Assembly (NCBI GenBank): GCA_963718525.1
Contig: OY970355.1
Location: forward strand, 1,184,001 to 1,248,000
Length of the DNA stretch: 64,000 bases
Direction of reading: 5' to 3'
Origin: Candidatus Dormiibacterota bacterium
GTDB taxonomy: Bacteria > Chloroflexota > Dormibacteria > Aeolococcales > Aeolococcaceae
Shown: piece by piece, positions 39,978 to 49,088 of the stretch
Position numbering within the stretch: position 1 is the stretch's first letter
How the letters are laid out: each line of letters opens with the position of its first letter
Notes under the pieces: model-generated
The model's input: only the letters and a program-made list of their open reading frames with translations
Database searches by the model: none
Told to the model about the DNA's origin: nothing
Made by a program: the position numbers and the translations under genes

Positions 39978-40933
39978 ACGCCATCAACCGTGCACCGGCG
40001 GTCCAGGTCGCCGGACTGCGCAAGGCATTCGGGAGCAAGGTGGTCCTTGAAGGCATCGACCTCGAGATCGCCGAAGGGTCGGTGTTCGCGCTGCTCGGCC
40101 CGAACGGCGCCGGCAAGACCACCACCGTCCAGATCCTCTCGACACTCATCCGCGCCGACGCCGGCGTGATGCGCGTCGGAGGCTTCGATGTCAGCGCTGA
40201 TCCCGACAAGGTTCGGCGGGCAATCGGCGTCACCGGGCAGTTCTCTGCCGTGGATTACATGCTGAGCGGCAGGGAAAACCTGCTGCTCATGGCGAACCTG
40301 AATCACCTGGACCGGCAGAGCGGGCGCCGGCAAGTCGACGAGTTGCTCGACCGGTTCGACCTGGTCGAGGCAGCCGGACAGATGGCGCTCAAGTACTCCG
40401 GAGGCATGCGGCGCCGCCTTGATCTCGCCATGACCCTGCTCGGCGATCCGCGGATCATCTTTCTCGACGAGCCGACGACCGGCCTCGATCCGCGGAGCCG
40501 CCACACGATGTGGCAGATCACGCGTGAGCTCGTGGCCGGGGGTGTCACCATCCTGCTCACCACCCAGAACCTGGAGGAGGCGGACCAGCTCGCCGACCGC
40601 ATCGCCGTCCTCGACAAGGGTCATCTGGTTGCCGAAGGCACGCCCGACGAGCTCAAGCAGCGCATCCCGGGTGGCCGGGTGCTGCTGCACTTTCGTGATG
40701 CCGGCGCGCGGACCAGCGCCGCGGCGCTGCTGGGACATGCATCGGTCGCCGACGAAGCGCTCGTCCTCGAGATTCCGACGGACGGCACGCCGGAGTCGCT
40801 CCGAGCCCTCCTTGATCGGCTTGACGGGGCCGCGTTGGAAGTCGAGCGAGTGAGCGTGCAGACACCGGACCTCGACGACGTGTTCTTCGCGCTCACGGGC
40901 GCACCCCATCAATCAGCAGAGGCAACGAGATGA
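39974..40933 (+). CDS. ABC transporter ATP-binding protein (DrrA-like)
   Basis: GPNGAGKTT, YSGGMRRRLDLA and FLDEPTTGLDP. Confidence 0.95.
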   Translation: MNAINRAPAVQVAGLRKAFGSKVVLEGIDLEIAEGSVFALLGPNGAGKTTTVQILSTLIRADAGVMRVGGFDVSADPDKVRRAIGVTGQFSAVDYMLSGRENLLLMANLNHLDRQSGRRQVDELLDRFDLVEAAGQMALKYSGGMRRRLDLAMTLLGDPRIIFLDEPTTGLDPRSRHTMWQITRELVAGGVTILLTTQNLEEADQLADRIAVLDKGHLVAEGTPDELKQRIPGGRVLLHFRDAGARTSAAALLGHASVADEALVLEIPTDGTPESLRALLDRLDGAALEVERVSVQTPDLDDVFFALTGAPHQSAEATR

Positions 40934-41721
40934 GCACTCCGGCATATGCGCTGCGCGATTCGACAACCATGCTGCGACGCGACCTGCGTCACGCCGTGCG
41001 GTATCCGCTCCTGTCGGTCAGCGGTTTGCTGGTGCCGGTGTTTCTCCTGCTGCTGTTCGTGGGGGTTTTTGGCAACACGCTGCTGGCAGGGCTCGGCGCG
41101 GCTGCACCTGCCGGAGGCCACTACATCGACTTTCTCGCTCCCGGCATCCTCGTCATGACCGTAGGCGCCAGTGCAGCGGCGACCGCGATCAACGTCTGCA
41201 TCGACATGAACGAGGGAATCGTCGCCCGCTTTCGCACCATGGCCATCAGCCGGACCTCGGTTCTGACCGGCCAGGTGCTCGGAAGCCTGATCAGAACCAT
41301 GATCAGCGGCGTCCTCGTCGTCGCCGTTGCGATCGGCCTCGGTTTCCGGCCGACCGCCGCACCGCTCGAGTGGGTTGGTGCCGCCGCCCTGTTCTCACTC
41401 CTGATCCTCGCGCTCACCTGGCTGGCCATCGCCATCGGCCTACAGGCAAAGACGCCTGCCGGCGCGAACAGCCTGTCCCTGATCCCGCAGTTCCTCCCGT
41501 TCATCAGCAGCGCGTTCGTGCCGACGGCCTCGATGCCCGCGGGAGTGCGGTGGTTCGCCGAGAATCAGCCGTTCACCCCCATCATCAATGCGATTCGAGG
41601 GCTGCTCACCGGCACGCCGATCGGCAACGCCGCTGTCATTGCGGTGGCGTGGTGCGTGGGACTGATGCTCGTCGGCTACGTGGTGTCGCGTGCCCGGTAC
41701 GACCGCTATGTGACGCGGTAG
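40930..41721 (+). CDS. ABC-2 type transporter permease (DrrB-like)
   Basis: Six TM helices, YIDFLAPGI, GIVARFRTM, SSAFVP..SMP and NQP.T. Confidence 0.92.
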   Translation: MSTPAYALRDSTTMLRRDLRHAVRYPLLSVSGLLVPVFLLLLFVGVFGNTLLAGLGAAAPAGGHYIDFLAPGILVMTVGASAAATAINVCIDMNEGIVARFRTMAISRTSVLTGQVLGSLIRTMISGVLVVAVAIGLGFRPTAAPLEWVGAAALFSLLILALTWLAIAIGLQAKTPAGANSLSLIPQFLPFISSAFVPTASMPAGVRWFAENQPFTPIINAIRGLLTGTPIGNAAVIAVAWCVGLMLVGYVVSRARYDRYVTR

Positions 41722-41756
41722 CCTGCACCCAATTTCGATATGCAAGGAGAGTGGAC

Positions 41757-42278
41757 GTGGCTGGTGATCAGGCAAGCGAAGCCGACGACGAGATGCTCCG
41801 GGACTTTCTCCGCGGCCAGCGCGAATCGGTGCTGGCGATCGTCGACGGGCTCGACGAGGAGGCGTGGCACCGCTCCGTCGTGCCCACGGGCTGGACGCCG
41901 GCCGGACTGCTCGAGCATCTGGGCGGCGCCGAGTGGCACTGGTTCCAGGGCGTCGTGGCGGGCAAGGAGCCGGAGCTGCCAGGCGACCTCGCCGAGGATC
42001 AGCCGCCGTACGACCCCATGACCGTGGTGTTCACAACCGACGCGCCCTCGGCGGAGGTCGTCACGTTCTACCGCGACCAGTGCGTGCAGTCCGAGGCGGT
42101 GCTGGCGGCAACGCCATTGTCGGCGCGGCCGTTGGGTAAGCACGGGCTTGGCGAATTCGAACCACCGAATGTTCGTTGGGTCGTGTTGCATATGATCGAG
42201 GAGACTTCGCGGCATGCCGGGCATCTGGACATCGCGAGGGAGCTGCTCGACGGCAGGACCCGTCTGGGTGGCCGCTGA
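41757..42278 (+). CDS. DinB/DUF664 family protein
   Basis: QRESVL, GLLEHL...E.HWF and RWVVLHMIEETSRHAGHLDI.RE..DG. SD AAGGAG lies upstream. Confidence 0.88.
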   Translation: MAGDQASEADDEMLRDFLRGQRESVLAIVDGLDEEAWHRSVVPTGWTPAGLLEHLGGAEWHWFQGVVAGKEPELPGDLAEDQPPYDPMTVVFTTDAPSAEVVTFYRDQCVQSEAVLAATPLSARPLGKHGLGEFEPPNVRWVVLHMIEETSRHAGHLDIARELLDGRTRLGGR

Positions 42279-42314
42279 CGTGCCCAACGTCCTTATTTGT
42301 GAATGAATTTGGCG

Positions 42315-42390
42315 TGGTCCCAGGGGATGGAGTCGAACCATCGGTACACGGTTTTACAGACCGCTGCCTTGACCACTTGGCTACCCTGGG
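42315..42390 (-). tRNA. tRNA-Tyr (GTA), 76 nt, C1:G72, short variable loop, CCA encoded
   Basis: Minus strand reads CCCAGGG TA GCCAAGTGGTCAAGGC A GCGGT-CTGTAAA-ACCGT GTACC GATGG-TTCGACT-CCATC CCCTGGG A CCA. Confidence 0.92.
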
Positions 42391-42543
42391 ACGTAGGATT
42401 CGGATGAGCGCTGCGCAATACCCCGGTAGACCCCGGCCTGCGCGCTTGGGATCCTGCGCCGGCATTGCCTGCCAATAGTAGCCAGGACTATTGTTCGTGC
42501 GATGCAGCGGACGGCTTTGAGCAGCGGCCCATCGAATTCGGCG

Positions 42544-44844
42544 ATGGAAACCGCCGGCCGGCACGACAAGAGCAAGGCCGTCAGAGCTCTGATGGGCCGC
42601 GGCCGGTTCATCGATGACATCCATCTTCCGGAAGAGCAGCACTGTTGCTTCCTGCGAAGTCCCGTGGCCAGGGGGAGGATTGTTGGTGTTGCACCTCCGC
42701 GGAGCGCGATTTCGGGAGTCACCTTTTTCACTGCCGCCACCTTCGGCGGGGATCTGTGGATGCCGCGCGGTCTGTACCGCTTCCCTGATCAAGTCGAAAT
42801 CCCGTTCCCCGCTCTTGCCGACGAGAGAGTTGCGTTCGTCGGGCAGCCTATCGCCGCGGTGCTCGCCTCCAGCCGTGCGCTGGCAGAAGATGCGATCGAA
42901 CAGGTGACTCTTGATATTGAGGAAGAGCGGCCAACCGTTCGTGCCCCATCTCCGGATGACGTGTTCGGATCAGTCCTTCCCATTGCGACACACGATGGAC
43001 CTGTCCAGGGCGTGCTGACTGCGAACTACGGCATGTTTGTAGCGAGGGAGTTTGGCGTCGGTGTGGTCAATGCGGACATCACCCTGGGCCGCGCCGCCGC
43101 CATGCCCATCGAGACCCGAGGCGTGCTCGCGGTCTTCGACGAACTCGAGGAATGCCTGACCGTGTGGCTGCCGACGCAGCTACCCAGTCTTGCGCGCACG
43201 TGGATCGCCGAGGCGCTGGGGATGCGGACATCCAATGTGCGCGTGATCGTCCCGGACGTGGGGGGATCGTTCGGATCGAAGTGGCATCTGTACCCCGAGG
43301 ACCTGGCTGTTGCGGCGATGGCCCGGGCGACTGGCAAGCCCGTGAGGTGGATCGAAGACCGTTACGAGCATTTCGTATCGACAGTCCATGCCCGCGAGCA
43401 GCGAACCATCATCTCCCTTGACTCCGACGACCAGGGGTGTCTTCGTGGAATCCGAAGCCGCGCGGTCGCTGATCAGGGCGCGTACTTCCATACGGCCGGC
43501 CCCGCGCCGTCTGCCAACTCGGTGTTTCTCGCGTCCGGCCCCTACCGAGTGCCGGTTGTGGACGCCGCTGTTGCGGTGTCCATCACCAACAAGACACCAT
43601 ATGGAGCCTACCGAGGCTTCGGTCAGGAGGCGGCCATCTTCGCGCTGGAACGCGGGATCGACCTTCTCGCTCGGGACCTCGGTGTCGATCCCGTCGCTCT
43701 GCGGCGCCGCAACCTCCTCAGACCCGACGAGCTTCCGTACAAGACTCCGACTCGCCAGGTCCTGGACTCGGGCGACTATGTACGGTGTTTGGACGTGGCA
43801 GCGGAACGAATCGGGTACGAACGCACAAGACCACGACCTCCCTTTCGGGGCGTGGGGATTGCGTTCTACGTCGAGAACACGGGCCTGGCCTCATCCAAGC
43901 AGGCTGCGAAAGCCGGGTGGACGACGCCGACTTTCGAAAGAGTCCGGCTCTGGCTCGAGCCCGATGGAGGCGTCGTGGTCGAATCCTGCCTCGTCGAAAT
44001 GGGTCAAGGCGTCGAGAGAACCCTTGCCCTGATCGCTGCAGCTCCACTGGGCGTCGACCCATCAATGATCGACGTACGGCTTGGAGATACGAGGAGTGGA
44101 GCGTTCAGCGCCTTCGGCACAGCCGCGAGCCGAGGCGTTGTCAGCGGTGGCGCAGCGGTCGAAACAGCCGCAGAACGGCTGCGGGACGAGGTCCTTCGCG
44201 CCGCGTCGATGCTCCTTGACGTGCCTGTGGACGCACTCACTCTCGCCGACGGCAGAGTCGTGGTGGAAGGTGATGCGAGTCGAAGCATCAGCCTATCGGA
44301 GGTCGCGCGCGCCTACTACGGCGTGCGGTCGACTGACCTCAGAGGGGTGGAGCTCGATGTGACGGTGACCTTCGAGTTGAAGGCACCGTCGTTTGGATAC
44401 GGCGCGCATGCTGCAGAAGTCGCCATCGACCCCGACACCGGGTTGGTGTCGATCGAGCGATATGTGGTGGTGCACGACTGCGGCGAGATGGTGGATCCGG
44501 CCGGCGTGGAAGGCCAGATCAGCGGTGGAACGGCACAGGGCATCGGTCAGGCGTTGATGGAGAGCTTGACGTACGACTCGAATGGCCAGCCCGGCGTTGT
44601 CTCTTTCATGGACTATCTGCTTCCCACGAGCGGCGAGTGTCCCAACATCGAGTTCTGCCACTTTTCCACCCCGTCTCCCTTCACGAAATCCGGGCGCCGC
44701 GGCATTGGAGAGTCGGGATGCGTCGGTGCTCCAGCCACGATCGTCGCTGCAGTCCAGGATGCCCTGCCACCGAACGCGCCATTTCTCACCGCGCTGCCAC
44801 TCCACCCCGCGCAGTTGCTCGCCATCATCAAAGAGTTCGGGTAA
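42544..44844 (+). CDS. Xanthine dehydrogenase family molybdopterin-binding (large) subunit
   Basis: GRGRFIDDI, RSPVARG.I, PDVGGSFGSK, GAYRGFG, EMGQG, TAASRG, VEGQISGG..QGIG and GIGESG. Start could be 42502. Confidence 0.92.
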   Translation: METAGRHDKSKAVRALMGRGRFIDDIHLPEEQHCCFLRSPVARGRIVGVAPPRSAISGVTFFTAATFGGDLWMPRGLYRFPDQVEIPFPALADERVAFVGQPIAAVLASSRALAEDAIEQVTLDIEEERPTVRAPSPDDVFGSVLPIATHDGPVQGVLTANYGMFVAREFGVGVVNADITLGRAAAMPIETRGVLAVFDELEECLTVWLPTQLPSLARTWIAEALGMRTSNVRVIVPDVGGSFGSKWHLYPEDLAVAAMARATGKPVRWIEDRYEHFVSTVHAREQRTIISLDSDDQGCLRGIRSRAVADQGAYFHTAGPAPSANSVFLASGPYRVPVVDAAVAVSITNKTPYGAYRGFGQEAAIFALERGIDLLARDLGVDPVALRRRNLLRPDELPYKTPTRQVLDSGDYVRCLDVAAERIGYERTRPRPPFRGVGIAFYVENTGLASSKQAAKAGWTTPTFERVRLWLEPDGGVVVESCLVEMGQGVERTLALIAAAPLGVDPSMIDVRLGDTRSGAFSAFGTAASRGVVSGGAAVETAAERLRDEVLRAASMLLDVPVDALTLADGRVVVEGDASRSISLSEVARAYYGVRSTDLRGVELDVTVTFELKAPSFGYGAHAAEVAIDPDTGLVSIERYVVVHDCGEMVDPAGVEGQISGGTAQGIGQALMESLTYDSNGQPGVVSFMDYLLPTSGECPNIEFCHFSTPSPFTKSGRRGIGESGCVGAPATIVAAVQDALPPNAPFLTALPLHPAQLLAIIKEFG

Positions 44845-44894
44845 TTGGGGCCATATTGAGCGCGGACATCGTGACTTCGGCGACAAAGCCGTCA

Positions 44895-45893
44895 ATGACG
44901 TCGCCGGAAGTGGTCGACAGCCACAGGCACTTGTGGCCGAGCGCCGACGTCCTTCCGCACGCTTTTGGCAGCTCACTCGCCAAGTACTTCGCATCCGCGG
45001 CGCGTGAATTGGGCCATGATGTCCGATGGCCAGCCTTCCGGGACGAGCTCGAGCGCCTCTGGGTCGATCCTGATGGAAGGCGAACCATTGACTCCATGGA
45101 CGACGCGGGCATATCGCGTTCGATACTGCTGGTCGGAGGGTTCCGCTTCGACGTGGATGACCCGACCGATACCTTCCAAGCCACCAACCAGCAGCTCGTC
45201 GAGCTGGCATCGCGATACCGCGGTCGGTTCACCGTGTTTTGCGGCACCCATCCCAGCTGTCGCGACGCTTCGGACAGACTCGCATCATGGCTGGACGCAG
45301 ACGGCGTGGTAGGAGGCGTCAAACTCGATCCGCTGGCCGGTAGGTACGAGATTGATGAGGATCGCATGATGCCGATCTACAGGGTGATCGCAGATCGGGG
45401 GCGACCGATCGTGATGCACTTGGGACCGCGGCCGGAGGATCCTGTCAGTGCATTTGCGAGGCCGGCTCGCCTCGCCAATGTGCTCACAGCGTTCCCGGAC
45501 CTCGCCGTTGTTGCTGCTCACGCGGGATTCGCCTGGTGGCGCGAGCTCGTCGACATGGCCGCGCTGCCGAATCTTCTGTGCGACGTGTCGGGCTTTCAGT
45601 GGACGGCGTCTGTCACTCCGATGAAGTTCGCGGTCATCCTCCGCCGCCTGATCGACGCCTTTGGCGAACGCCGGGTGCTCTTCGGAACGGACAGTCCCAC
45701 ATTCGACTATTTCATGCGGCCGGCGGAGTGGGTTGCGTTCCTGCGAGGTCTGCCGACGCGCGCAGACCTGCCGGTGCAATTCAGCGAAACTGAAGTCGAG
45801 GCGATCCTTCGATCGGGCAGGATCCTGCTCGGCGAGCACAACAACGATGACCATCTGGATGCAACTCCGCAACCACGCGAGAACGCGGAATGA
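44895..45893 (+). CDS. Amidohydrolase_2 family metal-dependent hydrolase/decarboxylase
   Basis: VDSHRH, MDDAGI, GVKL.P, MHLG, AHAG and LFGTDSP. Confidence 0.85.
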   Translation: MTSPEVVDSHRHLWPSADVLPHAFGSSLAKYFASAARELGHDVRWPAFRDELERLWVDPDGRRTIDSMDDAGISRSILLVGGFRFDVDDPTDTFQATNQQLVELASRYRGRFTVFCGTHPSCRDASDRLASWLDADGVVGGVKLDPLAGRYEIDEDRMMPIYRVIADRGRPIVMHLGPRPEDPVSAFARPARLANVLTAFPDLAVVAAHAGFAWWRELVDMAALPNLLCDVSGFQWTASVTPMKFAVILRRLIDAFGERRVLFGTDSPTFDYFMRPAEWVAFLRGLPTRADLPVQFSETEVEAILRSGRILLGEHNNDDHLDATPQPRENAE

Positions 45894-46300
45894 CTCGGCG
45901 AGTTGCCAACCCAAGCTGGCCGCGTTTTGAGCGAGTCACATACAGCGCAGCGGTCCTCGCGGGCGAGACGTGGATTCTTTCCGGAATCGGGAGCACGAGT
46001 CCGGATGGCGAGCTGCTGCATCCGTCAGACCTCGTCGAGCAGACGCGTCAGATCTACGCGAATGCCGCCGAGATCCTGCGTGCCGCCGGGACCGCGATGG
46101 AGTTGGTGGTGAAGACCGTCGACTACATCGTGCCCGAGGCGATTGACGACTACCACCTCACTCGGCACGTGCGGCGTGAGTTCTTCTCTCCGCCATATCC
46201 CGCCGCGACGGGAGTCGTCGTACACAGCCTGCTGCGAAAGGGGATGCTCATCGAGGTTGAGTTCTGGGCCACGGCGCAGGAAGGCGAGGCTCATACATAG
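45890..46300 (+). CDS. Rid (YjgF/UK114) family protein
   Basis: YSAAV.AG....SG, EQTRQ, VVKT and PAAT...V..L....LIEVE. Confidence 0.85.
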   Translation: MTRRVANPSWPRFERVTYSAAVLAGETWILSGIGSTSPDGELLHPSDLVEQTRQIYANAAEILRAAGTAMELVVKTVDYIVPEAIDDYHLTRHVRREFFSPPYPAATGVVVHSLLRKGMLIEVEFWATAQEGEAHT

Positions 46301-46333
46301 CCCAACAGCTGAAATCAACGACAGCTTGAGGGG

Positions 46334-47350
46334 TTAGGAGCTGATGCTCTCGGCCAACGTGCGCAGATTCTTTGGCGTGATGCTCTTGCTGAACAGCGGG
46401 CCAACGTACACCCGGTCCGCAAAATGGCCATAACGTTCCTTGATCCGCTCGCCGACTGAATCGTACCGGCCGATGACAGCGAAGGTGTCAAGCATCTCGT
46501 CAGTGATGTGTTCGGCGAGATGATCCCATTGCCCCGATAGCGACAGATCGTGCAGCACGTCCGAGACCTCGCCCCATCCTTCCATCTCGAGAGGCTTCCG
46601 ATAGGTGCGGGTGGACGAGTAGAAGGCGATCCGATATCTGACGAGTTCTCGGATCTGGCGCACTTCGTCATCGGTCTCTCCTACGCCGATGTAAGCGCCC
46701 CCGGTGATCACGATGTCAGAGCGACCTCGATTGCTTTTCGCCAATCCTCTGTCCAAAGCAGGAAGAATCACCTCGTCGGTGAATCGCTTGGTCACGGGTT
46801 CGGCGATGATCAGTCCATCGCTCAACTCTCCGGCCAGCTCACACATACCCTCGTTCAGACCGCCCGTATGAATTCTTGGTCCCGGCACACTCAGAGGTCC
46901 CGGATCAAAGTCCGGGGTCATGAGGTTGACCTTGTAGAACTTGCCGTCGAAGTCGAGGGGTTCACCTGTTTGCCACCGAGCCCACAACGCTCGAAGAACG
47001 CCGATGTACTCCTGCATACGTGGCTTCGGCGGAAACCATTCCATTCCGAAGCGGCGCTCAATGTGTCCTTTCACCTGCGTCCCCAGGCCGAGCTCGAACC
47101 TGCCGCCTGACATGTCCTGCAGATGCCACGCCTCGTAGGCTGCAACCGTTGGACTCCTGGGAAAAGCGATCAGGAGCGAGGTGACAATTCGCGCGTGGGT
47201 TGTCTTCCCGAGGGCCACGCAGGCCGCCAAGTCGGGCGGGCTCTTCATTTCATTGAAGGCGATCCCCGGAAGGTGAGCCTGCTCCACAAGCTCGCACAGT
47301 TCGCCCACTTCCGACAAGTGGTTGGGCCTTGCTTCCAGCCACAACTCCAC
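46334..47350 (-). CDS. LLM-class, probably F420-dependent, oxidoreductase (TIGR03617-like)
   Basis: IAFPRSP...AY.AW.LQ..SGGRF.LGLGTQVKGHIERRFG and IAFYSSTRTY. SD AAGGAGG lies upstream. Confidence 0.88.
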   Translation of the reverse strand: MELWLEARPNHLSEVGELCELVEQAHLPGIAFNEMKSPPDLAACVALGKTTHARIVTSLLIAFPRSPTVAAYEAWHLQDMSGGRFELGLGTQVKGHIERRFGMEWFPPKPRMQEYIGVLRALWARWQTGEPLDFDGKFYKVNLMTPDFDPGPLSVPGPRIHTGGLNEGMCELAGELSDGLIIAEPVTKRFTDEVILPALDRGLAKSNRGRSDIVITGGAYIGVGETDDEVRQIRELVRYRIAFYSSTRTYRKPLEMEGWGEVSDVLHDLSLSGQWDHLAEHITDEMLDTFAVIGRYDSVGERIKERYGHFADRVYVGPLFSKSITPKNLRTLAESISS

Positions 47351-47593
47351 CTTGATCAGCCTCCTTGGCCGCCCCGTTCACACAGGACGCACACGATTTC
47401 TCTACCGTTCGCGGCGCGCGCGAACTGCTCCTGCAATAGCTGCCCGTACCCTACAGCCGTGCGCTTGCGTGTGTCAATCGGAGCGGCTCCGTGAGCGCGT
47501 TGTGTGCAATGCAGGTCGACGCTTGTCCACGGGTCGCGCCGAGTGGCACCATGTGAACAGGGTCGACGTGTTAGACGAGTCCAAGGAGACGCC

Positions 47594-47776
47594 ATGCCGC
47601 TGATCACAGCCAAGTTCTACGAGGGAAGACTGAACGCTCAGACCGAGCCCAAGCTGGTGGAGGCGTTGACCGATGCCCTCGTGTCCGTCTTCGGCCCGGA
47701 GATTCGGGAGCAGACGTGGGTCGTCCTGGAAGAGACTCCGCGGCGGCGATGGGGTGTTGGCGGTCGTACATCCTGA
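47594..47776 (+). CDS. 4-oxalocrotonate tautomerase family protein
   Basis: Pro1 after Met, Arg11, 60 aa, C-terminal WGVGG, SD AAGGAG. Confidence 0.88.
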   Translation: MPLITAKFYEGRLNAQTEPKLVEALTDALVSVFGPEIREQTWVVLEETPRRRWGVGGRTS

Positions 47777-47837
47777 GCACTCGAGTGCGCCGAGGCCCTG
47801 CGCTGGACGACTCAGGGTCATTCCGCGTCCGAATGGT

Positions 47838-49088
47838 TCAGATCTGACCGAGCAGTTCTTTGGGCGCCTCGATGTTCGCCCGAACGAAGCCGAGAAACTC
47901 GGCGGCTTCGCGTCCGTCGCAAACCCGGTGATCGTAGGCCAACGACAGGGTTACCACCGGTCGCGCGACGACTGACCCTGCAACGACCCAGGCGCGGTCC
48001 ATGATGCGACCAATACCGAGGATCGCCGCCTCCGGGTAGTTGATGATCGGCGTGGAGCCGTCGACGTTGAAGTTGCCGTAATTGTTCAGTGTGAAGGTCC
48101 CCCCGGTCAGCTGGCGCACGTTGAGGACACCGGTACGGGCACGCTCGACCGTGTCCGTCAGCTGCGTGCAGAGCTCCTCAGTCGTGAGCAGCTGCGCGTC
48201 GCGGACGACCGGCACGAGAAGGCCGTGCGAGGAGGCGACGGCGACACCGAGGTGAACACTCTCGTGCGGGACAATCGTGCCACTGTCGCCGTCGTAGCGT
48301 GCGTTCAGCAATGGGAACCTGGTAAGGCCGAGCACACAGATCCGGCCCAGTAATCCGAGCAGCGTGATGCTCGGATGAGTCGCGCCGGCGCTGAGTGCTG
48401 TCTTGGCCGCCAGCAATCCCGAGGCATCGACGTCCACCCAAACCGTGACATCCGGGATCTCGCGTCTGGATTGGATGAGCTTCGCAACGGCGGGCTTCGG
48501 TGGCATCGCCCCGCGCGCCGTCGTGTCTGCTGCGGGCAACGGCGGTCTCGTAGTTGCTGCTGCCGCGGCCTCGACGTCGCTGCGAAGGATCAGTCCATTC
48601 GGACCGCTTCCGGCAACGGTCGATAGCTTGATGCCGAGGTCACGCGCCAAGCGCCGGACGACAGGCGAGACGACGGCCGGTCCCGCCCCGCTGACAACCG
48701 CTGCCCCGAGCGGGTCTCGGTCTTTCCTCTCGTCGAATCGGCGCCGAGGGCGGGGGCCGTCGGACGGTGCCGACGCGGGCCCGAAGCCCACCAGTACGTC
48801 GGGGTGCGTTTCGGTTGGCATATCGTCAAGCGCATCTTCCATGGTCGTCACGAAGGACAGAAGCGCCGCGCCGACAGCCACCACGTCGCCGGGCTGCCAG
48901 TGCAGCGTCGCAATGGTGCCGGCGCGCGGACTCGGCAACTCAACGACAGCCTTGCTGGTCTCGACCTCGACGACTGGCTGATCGATTGCCACAGTGTCGC
49001 CCTCGTGAACAAGCCAGCGAACGATTCCCGCCTCAGCGAGCCCCTCGCCGAGGTCGGGGAGCAAGAATGTCTCCATCGCGCCGGTCAC
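47838..49088 (-). CDS. 2-oxoacid dehydrogenase E2 (dihydrolipoamide acyltransferase)
   Basis: LPDLGEGL, lipoyl VETSKA, E3-binding SP.VRRLA..LGI.L..V.GSGP.G and catalytic DHRVCDG. Confidence 0.93.
   Translation of the reverse strand: MTGAMETFLLPDLGEGLAEAGIVRWLVHEGDTVAIDQPVVEVETSKAVVELPSPRAGTIATLHWQPGDVVAVGAALLSFVTTMEDALDDMPTETHPDVLVGFGPASAPSDGPRPRRRFDERKDRDPLGAAVVSGAGPAVVSPVVRRLARDLGIKLSTVAGSGPNGLILRSDVEAAAAATTRPPLPAADTTARGAMPPKPAVAKLIQSRREIPDVTVWVDVDASGLLAAKTALSAGATHPSITLLGLLGRICVLGLTRFPLLNARYDGDSGTIVPHESVHLGVAVASSHGLLVPVVRDAQLLTTEELCTQLTDTVERARTGVLNVRQLTGGTFTLNNYGNFNVDGSTPIINYPEAAILGIGRIMDRAWVVAGSVVARPVVTLSLAYDHRVCDGREAAEFLGFVRANIEAPKELLGQI

Noticed and set aside
32421-42314. Region between the inward-facing 3' ends of tRNA-Glu and tRNA-Tyr as an integrated island
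   Set aside because: No integrase or duplicated tRNA 3' fragment was found, and composition resembles the backbone.
42544-44844. Aerobic CO dehydrogenase (form I coxL)
   Set aside because: The active-site loop is AYRGFG, lacking the Cu-binding Cys of AYxCSFR, and there are no cox accessory genes.
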